A stretch of DNA of 64,000 nt from Mantamonas sphyraenae STR306 (GCA_026936335.1 JAPMXV010000006.1:186001-250000), one strand, 5' to 3'; counted from the stretch's first letter, positions 11,754 to 24,990 are shown. Numbers and translations: made by a program. Notes: generated by a model from the sequence alone, not told the origin.

Positions 11754-12752
11754 TCACTTCTTCACAAAGGTAATTGCCAGCGGAGAGCCGGCAAGATCAA
11801 AACCTTGCAGGGCGTTCAGCGCCACCTCGGCTTGGATTTCGTCGTTGAAATCCACAAATGCAATTTCAGGCATGTTGGGTACGGAACGCACGCGCTGAAA
11901 GCCCTCGTAGTTGCCAAACACCTCGTTCAGCTTGCTCTCGTCGGCCTCGGCTGCCAGATTCGACACAAACAGGCTTTTGTTGCGTTCTGTGACCTGTGCC
12001 AGTCTCTGGAATGTGGATGTTTGCTTGGTCGATGTTCCGTTGCCGCCTCGTCCGCCCTTGTTCTTCTCTGTCTCCATCTCCTTTGCACGTCGTGCCGCCT
12101 CCTCTGCCTCCTTCCTCTTCCTCTCCGCCCTCGCTGCCCGCGTCTGCTCCAGCGTCCCGTCCAGTCGCGCCACAAAGTCGCTCTTTCCCACCGCGTACTC
12201 GATGGCCTGTGTGGTGTGCCTCCGTGTCAGAGTATTGCCCTTTCCTACGCGCTCTAGGCCGGCCCGAAGGAACCGGCCCTTCACGCCGCGCCGCGCGCTT
12301 TCCGACATGCCCAACCCCGCCCCGCTCCGGGCCGCCCTCTGCCTCCACACGCCCCAACTCACCAAAGGCTTGCCGAAAAAGTCGTATCCCTGCAGCTCCC
12401 GCATGGCGTTTGTGGCGCACGACAGCTCTTTGAAGATGATAAACGCCTGACCACGCATGCGCAGCGTGCGGCGAGCCACAATCTCGTAAACCGCCCCGTA
12501 CGCGCTGAACAGTTCGTACAGCGCACGCTTGAGCTCGTCCACACGGATCTTTTCGTTCAGATTGTGCACATACAGCGTCTCGTTCGGCTGCAGCTTCTTC
12601 AACGTGCTCGTGCTCGCCGTTGTTGTTGACGACTCCACGTTCATGCCGTCGTCCTCCCCGTCCGATCCCGTCTCTCCACTCTCGTCCACCTCCTCTTGCT
12701 GCTCATTCGTCTCCTCCTCCGCCGCTTGCGTTGGCTGGTCCTCCACGTCCAT
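11754..12752 (-). CDS. U1A/U2B''/SNF-family snRNP protein (two RRMs), 1 intron (~12208-12362)
   Basis: PNETLYVHNLNEKI..DELKRALYELFSAYG..IVARRTLRMRGQAFIIF...LQGYDFFGKP; second RRM NKSLFVSNL...IAFVDF...ALQGF. U1A cannot be separated from U2B'' by eye. Confidence 0.9.
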   Translation of the reverse strand: MDVEDQPTQAAEEETNEQQEEVDESGETGSDGEDDGMNVESSTTTASTSTLKKLQPNETLYVHNLNEKIRVDELKRALYELFSAYGAVYEIVARRTLRMRGQAFIIFKELSCATNAMRELQGYDFFGKPLVSWGVWRQRAARSGAGLGMSESARRGVKGRFLRAGLERVGKGNTLTRRHTTQAIEYAVGKSDFVARLDGTLEQTRAARAERKRKEAEEAARRAKEMETEKNKGGRGGNGTSTKQTSTFQRLAQVTERNKSLFVSNLAAEADESKLNEVFGNYEGFQRVRSVPNMPEIAFVDFNDEIQAEVALNALQGFDLAGSPLAITFVKK

Positions 12753-12837
12753 CGCGCTGCGGTGTGTCGTTGACTGTGTGTCGCCGCCAGCGCTCCCTGC
12801 CCGCACCCGTCCACGCACCCATTGCAACGGTCTCGCC

Positions 12838-15800
12838 ATGTCCCACACCGCCTTCCTCGACCAGCTTCTGGTTGCCAAGGCGCCCAGCAAGATCGAGTGC
12901 ATCGACGCAATCAATGCCGAGCGCTTTGTCGTCGGCACACGGGATGGGCACATTTACGTGTACCAAATGCCCCAGGGTACGTCCTTGGCCCTGCACTCAC
13001 CTTGCCTCGAGGCCTTCTCGCCCTGCTTTGGCCCTCTTTGCTTCCCTGCCGTGTGTTTGGGCCATGCCTGTGCTGCCGTATGCCGTCTGCAAGGCTTGAA
13101 CAGAGGCCCTCCTGTACCACCCCCCCCCCGCAGCCTGCGCTTACACATCGCCCTCCCCCGTGCCACGCTCCGCTCTCCGTCACCATGAACACAGGGAAAG
13201 GACGTGCGGAGCTGGTGTCCACCCATCGAGCACCCACGAAAAAGGCCATCCAGCAAATCAAGGCCGTTCCTCCGCTCGAGGTCGCGCTGCTCCGCTCAGG
13301 TGAGCCCTCTCTCGTGCCCCCGCGCACAGCCTCCCCCGCTAACCGCGAAAACCGCAACGCACACACTGCTGTCTCCACTCGCCCCGCACAGACGGATATA
13401 TTATTGTCATGGACCTCAACAGCTTTGAGATGCGCTCCACGCTTGTGCGCACCAAGGGCTGCTCCGTGTTTGATCTCGACGACTCAAGGGTAAGCGGCGA
13501 CGTCGCCCCTGTTCACGGGCCATTGCGCACGTGAGTCTGTCCAACCCGTCGCCAACTCACACCCCATACACCCTTGTGCAGATCACTGCCGATCAAGACG
13601 CCTTTGTGTGCCTGGCGGTCGCTGTCAAGAAGCAGCTGCTGCTCTTTGAGTGGCAGCACTCCCTGCAGGACTTTCACCCCGAACCGACCGTGCGTTGGGT
13701 CATTCCGCCCGACTGCCAAACCATAGCCTGGAGTGGCAACCAGCTGTGCTGCGGCTTCAAGCGCGAGTACTCCATGGTCGAGGTGCACTCGGGAGACTCC
13801 AACACCATCTTCTCCTCGGGCAAAAGCACCACGCCCATGATCCACAAGCTCAACGATCAGGAGCTGCTGCTTGCCAGGGACACCTTGTCCATTTTTGTGG
13901 ACCTTGACGGCAAACCCACACGCAAGTACGCCATCGGCTGGAGCGAAGCGCCGCAAACCGTCGGCTCGCACTTTCCCTTTATGATTGGCGTCCTGCCCGA
14001 CTTTGTCGAGGTACGCATGATTGAAAACTCCCAGGACATGGTCCAATCGTCTGTGCTTCACGAGGCACGCTTCATCTGTGCTTCGTATGGCATCATCCTC
14101 GTCGCCGCACCCACAACTGTTTGGTGCATGAACGCACAGCCTCTGGCCGCACAGGTCGACCAGCTCGTCCAAAGTCGACAGTACGCCTCGGCGCTCAACC
14201 TGGCCACACTCATCCCAGACACAGAAATGCCCGCAGCCGCACGCAACCAGCTCGTGGCCAACATTCACAAGATGTACGCCTACTTCCTCTTCTCCGAGGG
14301 CTCCTACAAAGACAGCATGGAGCACTTTACCATTGCCGACTGCGACATCCGCTATATCCTCGCCCTGTTTCCCTCACTTTGCTCCCAGGCCACCCTCGAG
14401 CTCGTCAACCCTTTCCAAACCAACGACGTCGTCCTGCCCAAGAGCAAAACCGACCGCATCGACGCCGTCCTGGCCCTCATCGACTTTCTCACCCTGCGTC
14501 GCTCCTCATCTGCCTCTTCCACAGCCACTGTCGACGTCGTGCAGCTCATGCAGCCCGGCAGTGGGCTCAACGTGAGCGCAGGCGGATCCTCGTCGTCCTC
14601 CTCCTCTTCCTCCTCCTCTGGGCCCAGCGCTCTGTCATCTTCGGCTGTGGCTGCATCACTGTCGCCTGCTTTGCTGGAGGGGGACGTGGAGCCGCGCATG
14701 GACGCAGACTCGGTGAGCACTCTGGTGGACACCACGTTGCTCCGTGCCTACCTGGCCACCAACCCGATGCTCCTGGCCCCGTTTCTGCGCAACGACAACC
14801 GATGCGACGTGGAAGAGTGCGAGGCGCTGTTGCTGCGCGAGAACAGGCCCATCGAAACAGTTCTGCTGTTCAAATCGCACAACCTGCATCGCAAGTCCTT
14901 GGAGCTGCTGCAGCGGTACGGCCAGGGAAAGAGCACACACCCACTGTACGGCGTGAACGAGACCATTGCCTACCTGCGCAGCCTGGGAGCGGACCACACC
15001 GATCTGGTGATGGAGTTTTCGCGCTGGGTGCTGCTGGCACAACCGAAGCAGGGTCTGCGCATCTTTGTCGACGAAGACGAGGACAGGGAACCGCTGCCAC
15101 GCGGCGATGTGCTGAACATCCTCAAGCAGATGGAAGCCAAGCTGACGGAGCACCAACTGGTCGTCCCCTACCTGGAGTATGTGATTGACGCAGGGGAAAC
15201 CGAGGCCGACTTTCACAACGAATTGCTGCTGCAGTACCTGGAGCGTGTGCAGCAGCTGCGCATGGACCACGACACATCGGGCGGCTTGGTGGCACCCGAG
15301 GCAGGCAGTGAACCTGGTGAGCTGGGCAAGACGCGGCGCAAGCTGCTGCAGCTGCTGCAGTCCTCACAGCACTACAACCCGGAAAAGATGCTCAGCCGCT
15401 TCCCTCTGGAAGAGCTGTTTGAAGAACGAGCCATCCTGCTGTCACGCATTGGTCAACACGAGCAGGCGCTGAACATCTACGCCCACAAGCTCGGTGACAC
15501 ACGGCGCAAGCCGAGGAGTACTGCAGCCGCTGCTACGACCCCGAATCGGAAACAAGCAAGGACGTGTACCTGTCTCTCCTCAAGGTGTACCTGCGCCCGC
15601 CTGCGGGCTACAAGCCCCTCACGGAGCCTGCGCTGGACGCCCTGTACAAATACTTCAAGCGCATCGATGTGGCAAGTGCGGTCGAGCTGCTCAGCGACGA
15701 CACGTCGCTTATGTCCCTGTGTCCGTTCTTTGAGAGTGTCGTGCGCGAGAACAACCGCATTCGACGCAACAACGAGGTTGTGCGCCATCTGCTCAAGGCA

Positions 15801-16163
15801 GAGAACCAACAGGTGCGCGAGCAGCTCATCAACCAGCGCTCACGCATGATTCGCATCGACGAAGACCGCATGTGTCACGTGTGCAACAAGCGCATCAGCA
15901 ACCACGTCTTTGTGGCCTTCCCCAACAACACCGTCACCCACTTTATGTGTGCCGAGAAAGTCAGCGGCTACAAGATCGACCACCTGGGCGGCGGCTCCGC
16001 AAACACACCCAGCGTGTCCTCCAGCAGCCTTTCTGGAGGCATGAGCATGGGGATGGGCATGGGAGGCGGCTATGGCACTTCACCAGGCTCCTCCTCCTCC
16101 TCGTTTGGGGGCAGGCACAGCAGCAACAGCGGCTTTGATGGTGGATCGTCGTCCAGGTGGTGA
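12838..16163 (+). CDS. VPS39: HOPS subunit Vps39/Vam6 (CNH, clathrin-like repeats, C-terminal zinc finger); apparent frameshift near 15500
   Basis: LVDTTLLRAYL, NRCDVEECE, FHNELLLQYLE, ERAILLSRIGQHEQAL, then in the shifted frame AEEYC...VYLSLLKVYL and CHVCNKRISNHVFVAFPN...HFMC. Several short 5' introns. Confidence 0.92.
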
Positions 16164-16242
16164 GGAACAATGAAGCGAATGTGTCACGAATGTGTGTGTT
16201 TGACGTTGTTTCTGTGCTTCTTCTTTGTTCATCTGCCTCTCC

Positions 16243-16803
16243 TCACTCGGGCTCCTCGTAGAGGCACAAGCCCATGTCGTCCAGCTCCTTGCGAATCTGC
16301 TCCTCCTCTTCCTCGTACAGTTCCTTCAGCATGGCCCGCCTGCGGATTTTCAGTTCATCATTGGCGCGTTGCAACTCTTCCGAAATGCTGTGTACCATTC
16401 CGGTGCCCATCCAGCAGCCATGTCAGTCGCTCCGCGCGGGCGTTTGTCTCGTGCAGCGAGGAAAACGCAACGGTCGCTTCGTCATCGGTGTTTGCAGGGC
16501 CGTGGCCCACCTACGCCACTTACACATTGCTAGCCCTCTTGGTGGCGTTGGCGGCCACATTTTGATCGATGTGTGCGTGCCACTCGGCGCTGTGTTTCAC
16601 CCTCTCCTGACTGCGCAGTGTGGGGTTGTGTGAGCGCGCACCGTCCTCACAAACCAGACGCCCCCGTCCTTCCTACACAGACACACAGACACACAGACAC
16701 ACACGTACTCCTTTACAAACTGTTCGTTGCGATACCGTTGCATGTCTTCGTTGACACGCGCCATCACATTCTGGCCCCCTGCCTTCTTGCGTCGCACCGA
16801 CAT
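16243..16803 (-). CDS. CFAP141: CFAP141/C1orf189-like ciliary microtubule inner protein, 3 exons (not in the ORF track as a single ORF)
   Basis: Spliced product MSVRRKKAGGQNVMARVNEDMQRYRNEQFVKDQERVKHSAEWH...ISEELQRANDELKIRRRAMLKELYEEEEEQIRKELDDMGLCLYEEPE. The C-terminal half matches the CFAP141 pattern as I recall it. Confidence 0.7.
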
Positions 16804-16917
16804 CTTGCGCGTGTTGTGTTTGCGTTTCCTGCGCAGAGCATGCATCATCACACCGTGTCTGCAAGCATGAACCCATTCTTTATATGTACTTCATCTTGCA
16901 TGTCCTCTCTGTGGTCG

Positions 16918-19900
16918 TCATCTCCCGTGTTCGTCATCCGTAGACGCCTCGTCGCCCGACGACTTCAATTCGTCGTCATCGGACGCAGTGGGAGCGTGTC
17001 TGTGTTCATATGTGCCGTGTGACACATCCACAGCGAGCGCTTTCATCTCCACAGCCTCTCCGGCATCTTTTCGGAGTGGCTGGAACTCCACAGCCTTTGC
17101 GTGGCTTTCTTCACCACGTTCCGCGTCTGCCAGCGACCCGCCTGCGTCAGCGACGGAGGCGTGTGTTGCAATCGATGGGTCGCCTTTGTTCTTCCGCACG
17201 ACCCGAGAGCGTGATGGGAACGGCAGCATCTTGGATTGCGACAAGTGCACCAGGACATCCAACAGTGCCTGCGCTGCGTCATCCTCGTCCGACAGCAAAC
17301 AGTATGTCACCAGCTGTGCAAACACATGCTTGTTGACCATCGGCTGCACGGTGTCCAGTTGTGCGGCGACGAGATTGTTTGTTGCACAGGCAGCCATTGC
17401 CCCACGGGTCACCAGATCGATTTCCTGCACGCTCAGATGGCCCTCCACCATGACACGTGCCTTTTCCACCTGATCGGGTTTCAACAATGGTGTCAGAGCG
17501 GCCACCAACTCCCCCAGGCTGCGTTCCATCTCTGGCGATCGGCTGCGTGCTCGCTTTTGCTCCGTTGCGGTCAGGAACACGTCCAATCCCAAATAATACA
17601 CGCATGCAATCAGGACTGAAATGGCCAACAGCACTGTGACTGTCTCCCAGGCGGCTGCGGTCGATTCGTTCACACCGGATCCCGTCACAAAAACCATGCC
17701 GGCCACAAGCAGAAGCACACCCTCCAGAAGCAACACGCTCTCCAGTTGGTTTTGTTTGGCAGCTTTGAATGGACGGAACGAGTACTGCAGCAGTGTGGCG
17801 CCGCCCAGAACCAGAATCCCCATCAGCCCCTGCAGAGCAGGCAGCGAAGTTGCAAACAGCTTCACCGCGACCACCAGCGCCTTGCGCATGAGGATGAGCC
17901 CACCAAACCAGTACCTCTTGATGGCAAACTTGCCGTACACGCACCCGAAGCGCTGTCGGAACCGTGGCTCGCTGCGCTTTCCCCGATCACGACCAAACCA
18001 CATCACTGCAAAGAACGCCGCCGGCGTGCCCACCACGTACAACACGAGGAACACAGAGGCTGGCAAGATCAGCTTGGCGTGGTCGCCACCGGGCTGCCAG
18101 CACACAATCGTCGGTGACGCGTCAAGGACTGCCACGCCCTCCCGGATCTCTGTGCAGTCAAACACCTCTAGGACACGTGTGCTGACAGAGATGTACAGCA
18201 AGGCCATGGAAAACAGGATCTCGTTGACAAAGAAGCGCCACGTGGTCTCATCCACGGGGGAGCTCTCTGTGATCAGCCGCGACAACCCGAAGCGGGCTTT
18301 GGACAGCAACAGACCCAAACCGGACTGTGAGGCCTTGGGAGGCGCGCAGAACCACGGATGGGCCTCCTTGAACGATGTGGCGTTGTTCTTGGCCCACGCA
18401 GCGTGCACGTACTCCGTCGCAACACGCACCAACAGACCAAGCACCACCGCCACAGGCAGCGCCATTGTCAGCCAGAAGCGCGTCTCGTACGTGTACTGTC
18501 CAGGAGAGGTGGTGCATTCTGGAGCGGCCGCGTCGAGATTGAAGTTGGCGATGGAAAAGTAGGAGAAAACGTTTCGCACAGACGCAGGCCACTGCAGACG
18601 GAACTCGCCAAACGTGCTCATCACCTGAAGGTGTGTGATGGCCAAATTTGCCACGCGTCCTCGCTGTTTGGGCTTCGTGCGCACCTGGCCGCGCACAAAG
18701 AAAAGGTAGGCAACAAACAGAATCGCCATGAATCCCACCGTGGCTTGCGATCCATCCTGGCACTTGGCACACTGGTCTCCCAGCTTGTAGTAGCCATCTT
18801 CACATGTGCCACACAACACCTCTTTGTAGCCGATGTTGCACCCTGTGTTGTTGCCGCCTGGACATGCTACGCTCGCGGCACAGGCCGTAAACCTGTACTC
18901 TTGCGGTCCACCGGTGGAAAAGAAGCCCGGCAACGGCTGTGGTGGACGTAATCCTCCGGGACACACTCCGTTCGCAGGGCATGGCTCACACTTGATGCCT
19001 CCCTTGCCCGTGGGTGAGTAGAACAGGGGCAGGCACACGCAATCTTCGATCGTTTCCGGAGCTTCGCTCTCTGTGTTGCCTGGGCACACAATGGGGTCTT
19101 TGACGATGGAAAACACGACGCCGTTGGCAGGGGCAATGTGTTGTCCTGCATCGAGGCTCACACGGACATTTCGAACGCCCGCCAGGTCGTTGGCCGGGGA
19201 AAGCACCACAATCTCTGTGCTTGTGAGCCTCGTCACATTGTACACGTTGCCCTGGCCAAGTTCCACACGCACAAACCCTGTGTTGACAAAGTTGGTGCCT
19301 GTGATGGTCACAGAGACGGTCTCGCCTGGCTGTTTCTTGTCTGGCGACACTCCCGTCACCGTGGGCTGTGCATACGCAAACAGACGCACGCCCGAGTCGC
19401 GAAACTGTTGGCCGTTCAGAGCCACGTGCACATCCAACAGAGCAGGCAGCGTCTGGGTTCCGTTGTAGCCGGGGACGCCGAAAGAGAGCACTGTCGCGCT
19501 TGTCTTTGTAGCGCTCACCACATGCTGCCACGCTGCGGTAGAGTCCTGCACACGCACGCGTGGCTCATCCACCACAGAGGCAAACACACCGGAAAGCTGC
19601 ACCGTGGTCGACGCACCGGCCAGTGCAATGCTTGTGTTGGGGGACGCCTGCATCCACTGCGGCTCCACGTACGCCACGAAATCGCCACCGGACAGTGCAG
19701 ACACAAAGGTGGCGCCCGCATTGCTGCTCACTTGCACAGCAAGCGACGCAGGCAACGAACCCAGATTCGGAGTGTCCACCACAATGCGGGTTTCGCTCTC
19801 GGCTTGCACCACCACAGCCGTGCCAGCCGCTCCGAAGCGGACCCGCAGCGACCCGGCAACCTCCGAGTTGAGAAACTTGGTGCCAGACACGGTCACACGC

Positions 19901-21857
19901 GTGGTTCCGTTGACGGGTCCACTGCGTGGCGAGATCCCCTGGACCACGGGTGCCACGGCCTCAAACGGTATGGATTGCGGCGTGGATGAGCCTGCAGGCA
20001 CGATGGCAAACACTCCTGTGGCCTGGCTGGCGTCTGCGTTGGGTGACACCTGCAAGGAATAGGTGCCCTCAGGCAGCGCCTTGCTCACCGCCTCCAAAAG
20101 GGTGGTGTTGACAAAGCGAGCGGGCGTCGTGTGTGTGGCCCCTCCAAACAGCACCGTGTTGACACTGGTGTTTGTCCACCGGTCGCCGTACACACGCATG
20201 GGCACCGCAAGTCCTGCAGGTACGCGCGTGGGAGCCACCCACGTGATGTTGGGCATCGGCGTCGTCCGCAACACCGTGCTTGGCAGCGAGGCCACATACG
20301 TGAAGAACTGGAACGAAGGCGACGTGCTCAGCGCCACAGCCACCGTCACTGGCTGGCCGTCCACCAGCTGCGGCTGGCCTTGGGCGTTCAGACCAGCCAC
20401 GGGCGCTGTGAACACACGTGACGCCGAAATCGACAGTGTGGTGCCCAGGAATCCCGTGCCTGTTTGCGTCACGTACATCGTCGGCGCTTGTTGGGTGGCC
20501 AATACAGGCAGGTCCTGCATGCCAGGGCCCGTCAGCAGCAGCTGGGTGCCCCCCGATGTGGGCACCCACGGAGGCAACGCAGTCACGCTGGCCACCGGAC
20601 GCACGCCCGTGAGCTGGAAGATGCGCAGTTTGGAAGGATTCGGTGCATCCAGAATGGTGGTGCCGCTGGCCCATTGTTGGCCGTTCAGGGACACCTCCAC
20701 CACAACATCCCCTGTGTACGGCCACAGCTCGGGCACCTGCACAAACATGCGCTGTGTGGTCTGTGCCAAAGCTGTCAGCACATACACCGTGCCGTTGCTC
20801 AGCGTCAAGCGTGTGTACGCCAGGCCGGCAACAAAGAACTTTTCATCCGCCGGCCGCACAAACAAAAGGCCCCAATCCGAGTCGGTTTGGCCACCGTACA
20901 GATACTTGATGGCAGGCAAGGTGTTGGGCTGCACCTCGTCCAGCTGACCGTGTTCCTTGTAACTCGGAACGTAGGCGGTGTCGTAGGCGTCGCCGCAAGG
21001 ATGGCCTGCTGGCCATTGGGACGCACCACCACACTCAGCGTGGCCATTTGTCCGTTTGCAATGGTCAGACCTTGGAACGAGGATGTGTTGAACAGCATGC
21101 TGCCATCGGTCCGGCTCGTCCCTGAAACCGTCCATTTCTGGAGCCCGTTGGACAGTTCCATGAGAGGTGAGTCGCCCACCTGCACAAAGCCAGTGCCGCT
21201 GGCCATCACCAGCGTGCCTCCGGACACCAGGCCCAAGTTGGGCGTGAGTGCGCCCAGCTGCATCGCGTACGCCACAAATCCAACCGTGCTTGTGTTGTGC
21301 CTTTGCACGCCATTGAACGTCACCTGCAAGTCGAAGCTTCCTGCAGCCAGTCCTGAAGGCGTAGTGCATGTCATCTCGCTGCTGGACGTGACGTTTCCAG
21401 CAAACTGGGTTTCGTTCCCGCTGCCGCGGTGTACAAGCACACACACGGGCACACTCCCGCTGCCTGTTGGCACACTGCTACTCTTTACAACCACACTCGT
21501 GTTGCCACTCGTGGGCCCACTGAAGCGCATCTGCACGAAATCGGTGGCGTAGAAGAAGAACGGTGTCGCCGCGTCCCCAACCGTCACCTGCGCAGCTCCA
21601 GCGAGGGGAAACGCAGGCGTACTGCAGTTCAGCTGCGTGCTGGACACAACCACGCATCCAAGCGCCGATCGCACTGTCCCATTTCCACCTCCCACAAATG
21701 TGACTGCCAAGCTTGCGTTGAAGCCGGTCCCGCGCAGAACGACATTTGTGGCCACATCCACAGGCGCCACGCTCGGCTCCACCTGCGTCACAAGCACCGC
21801 CCCGTGGCATGCCCAGCACACAACCAGCGCCACAACAAGACTCGCTGCAACCTTCAT
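16918..21857 (-). CDS. Large surface protein: signal peptide, multiple IPT/TIG repeats, Cys-rich GCC/EGF-like segment, multi-TM (TRP-like) C-terminal domain; apparent frameshift near 21005
   Basis: MKVAASLVVALVVCWACHG signal. Repeated P..GP..GGT.V.V.G..F and V..NGQQ motifs; CEPCPANGVCPGG, CGTCEDGYY; TM region ITHLQV...QWPASV...FG.VYGKF...YWFG. Confidence 0.75.
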
Positions 21858-21932
21858 GCACGCTGACGGATGTGGTTGCGTTGGCAATGGTTGCGCAGGC
21901 TGCGCACAGCAAAACGTGCTTCATTCTCCGTC

Positions 21933-24799
21933 TCACTGCAGCTCGGCAATGCCTCCCGTCTTGGCCACCATGCCCTGGGCCGTGTTGAACAGGTTCACGG
22001 GGCTCTTGCCGTCCGTAATCAGGAAACCGTTCAGGTTGAGCGCCTGCAGCATCTCCACCTGCAGCTTGGGTCCGCTCTGCGCAATGTCGCTGATGGTCTG
22101 CGCCCCAATGGCCTGCACCAGGTTCTGGAACTTGGTCGTCTCAATCTCTGCCAGGCTCTTGTACTTCTCCACCTCCAGCGAGTTGAGCTGCCTCTGGTGC
22201 TCCAACTCTGCGTCCTGACGGCTCTTCACCTGGTCCAGGTCTGCCTGCGACTCGATCTTCATCGCCTGAGCCTTCAGGTCTGCCTGCTGCACTGCAGCCT
22301 TACCCTCAATCTGTGCAGCCTCGGCCTTGGCACGTGCGTCGGCCTCTGCACGACCACGCGCCTCAATGGCGTTCGACTCGGCCTGCAGCGACAGCAGCTC
22401 CTTGCGTGCCTCCTCCGCTGCTGCCATGTCCTTGATCTTCTGTCGCTCCAGGCGGCCTCGTGCCTCCTGCTCCACACGCTCCGCCTTGTGCTTGGCAGAC
22501 GCCTCCTGCGACTTGGTTGTGATTTCGATGGCCAGTTGCACACTCTTTTGCAGCGAATCGCGCGTGCGCTGGTCCACGGGCTCCACGCTCTGGATATCCA
22601 CGTTGCTGATCACCAGGTTGTTTGCCTTGAAGCGCAGCTCCGCAGAGTCGCCAAACACAGCGCGGCGGATGATGTCTGCGCTCTCCTTGTGGAACTGGTC
22701 AAACGAGAACATGGCCACTGCGCCACGCACACGCGATGCAATTGCCTTGCACGCGTCGCCCACAAAGTCGGGCACCTGGAAGATCTTGGCCGCAGCGCTC
22801 TCGCTGCCCTCGCTCGTGTCAAAGTGCCAGTTGTAACTCAGCTGCAGCTGCAGGCGTGCGTGGTCGCTGGTCTCCACCTTGACAATGTCTGTCATAAAGT
22901 CCGGGCCCAGCAGCAGTGCCAGTGCACGGATGGTGTTGGGCTTCTTCGGCTTGCCGCCAGACAGGTTCAGCACCGTAAACTGCTCGTCGGGGCCCAGCAT
23001 CACCAGCTCCGGACCAAACACAACACGTGCGTTCTTCTCCTTGTAATCATAGATTTGCACAGCTGCGTTGTGCGGCACGCGGAATGTCACCACGCGGCTC
23101 TTGTCCCGTCCGCCGCGTCCGCCCCCGCGTCCCCGGCGCTTGCCACTCGACGACGAGCTCTCGTCGTGGTTGTCTGCCGTGCGATCTGCATACGGATCCA
23201 GATCCTTGGCCAGCAGATCCTCGACCGCCTTGGGCAGGTCCTTCATCCACAGCTCCTCCGAAGCCTGCAGCATGTACGACTCGCCCGACACAGCACGCAC
23301 CTTACCAGTGCGCACGTCACGCACATAGATACCCTCGTTGTCATCCAGAGGGATGGCGCTGCGTGTGTCCAGAATCTCCACCTCCACGGGCGGCACGTAG
23401 TCCACGGGACCGTCGATCATCCAGCGTTCACCGGGCTTGTGCGACACGCCCTGCTCGTCCGTAAACTCCTCCTTGGCGCGCAGCAGCAGGCTTTCGTCCT
23501 CGGCCAGCACATGGATGCTCTTGATCTCGCCGTCCTCCAGCTCCTCGCCCGGCAGCAGGAAGAAGCTCTGCTCGCCCTTGCGCAGCTCGCGCTGGCCCAG
23601 CTGCGGCTTGCCGTCCTTGTACGGGTTGATCACCACGCAGTACTGGCGCTTGGTCAGCACAGTAATGGGCACCTCGCCAAGGTTCTCCTCGTGGACGTCT
23701 GGGATGTGTGTCTCTGCGTCGGACAGGCGCACCAGCCACTCCTCACCTGCCTTGCGCTCGATGTCAAACACGTCGTTGAACGTGCGGATGGCACGCAGGT
23801 GCAGAGCAGTCTTTTCCGTGAGCACCACGGCGTACACGGTGCTCACCACCTCCTCGTACACAGAGGGCATGTACGCGCCCTCGTCGCGCACAATCCACTC
23901 CTCGCCAGGCCTTGCGCACCACTTCCTCGTCGCCGGTCGTGTCTGTAAACTCACGGCGTGCACGCAGACGCAGGCCTGTGTTGGGCTTGATGATGCGTGC
24001 ATGCACCGTCTCCATGGTTTCCACCTCCACCTCGGGATGGTATGTGGCGGGGCCTGCAAACAGCCACTCGTCGCCCGCTGCGTGCATGACTCCAGACTCA
24101 TCCTTAAAGTCACGCAGCGCCTTGAGACGCAGGGCCTCGTTGGCCTTGACCACAGTCAGCGGCTCGACGTCGCCCACCAGCTGTTCGCCAGGGTACAGCG
24201 GGAAAGGCTCGCCAGCGCCGCGGATCTCCGTGTCACCGTGGCGCAGCTTCACCTGGCCGTGTGCCGTCTTGAGCACCTCACCGTCCTATGGGTGGGTAGG
24301 AGGAGATGGATGCCGTGTGTGCAGAGCGAGTGCAGGGTGTGAGCGTGTGCGATGAGTGTGGTGCGCGTGTGTGCGTGTGTTGGAAAGGCCGGCAAGCGCG
24401 TTTGTGCGAATTCAGAGGGGAAAAGCAGGCGAAAAGAACGGGAGCACAAACACACCTGCACGATGACCGGGTTCTTGATCACGCAGTAGTGGCGGGTGGG
24501 CACAGTGATCATCTGTGCAGGACCATACACCAGGGTCTCGTGGTCCTTGCGCACAAACGTCTGCGGGCCGATTTCCACGCTGAACAGGGCGAGGCGCACG
24601 AGGAAATTTGTGGGGACCCAGATGTCGGAACACAGAGCAGCACAGGCGGGTGAGCACGGGGGCAGGAGAGACAGGAGACAGAGGACATGGCCAAGAGGCA
24701 GGTGTGCACATACCGTGTGGTGTTGTCATTCTGATCGGCGATGTGAATGTAGTGATTGGGCTTGACGCGGATCACAGAGGGGTTTGCGCTGCGGCTCAT
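21933..24799 (-). CDS. MVP: Major vault protein; 2 introns; apparent frameshift near 23909
   Basis: [39 protein letters not shown], vault repeats (GEEW), [102 protein letters not shown]. Confidence 0.97.
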
Positions 24800-24990
24800 C
24801 TTTTGTTGTTTGGGTGCCGATGCCGGCGCACCATGCCAGCATCCAACTCGTGCTTTTCCTCCACCAGGCACATTTGGGGCCATCCATGCACCTCGACAAG
24901 TTGCACATGGATCAGCACACACACTCCGCCCCTCGAGAAAGCGTCGTCTGATGCAAACGAACCTCTTCCCCCCCCCACGTGCCGGCACTG

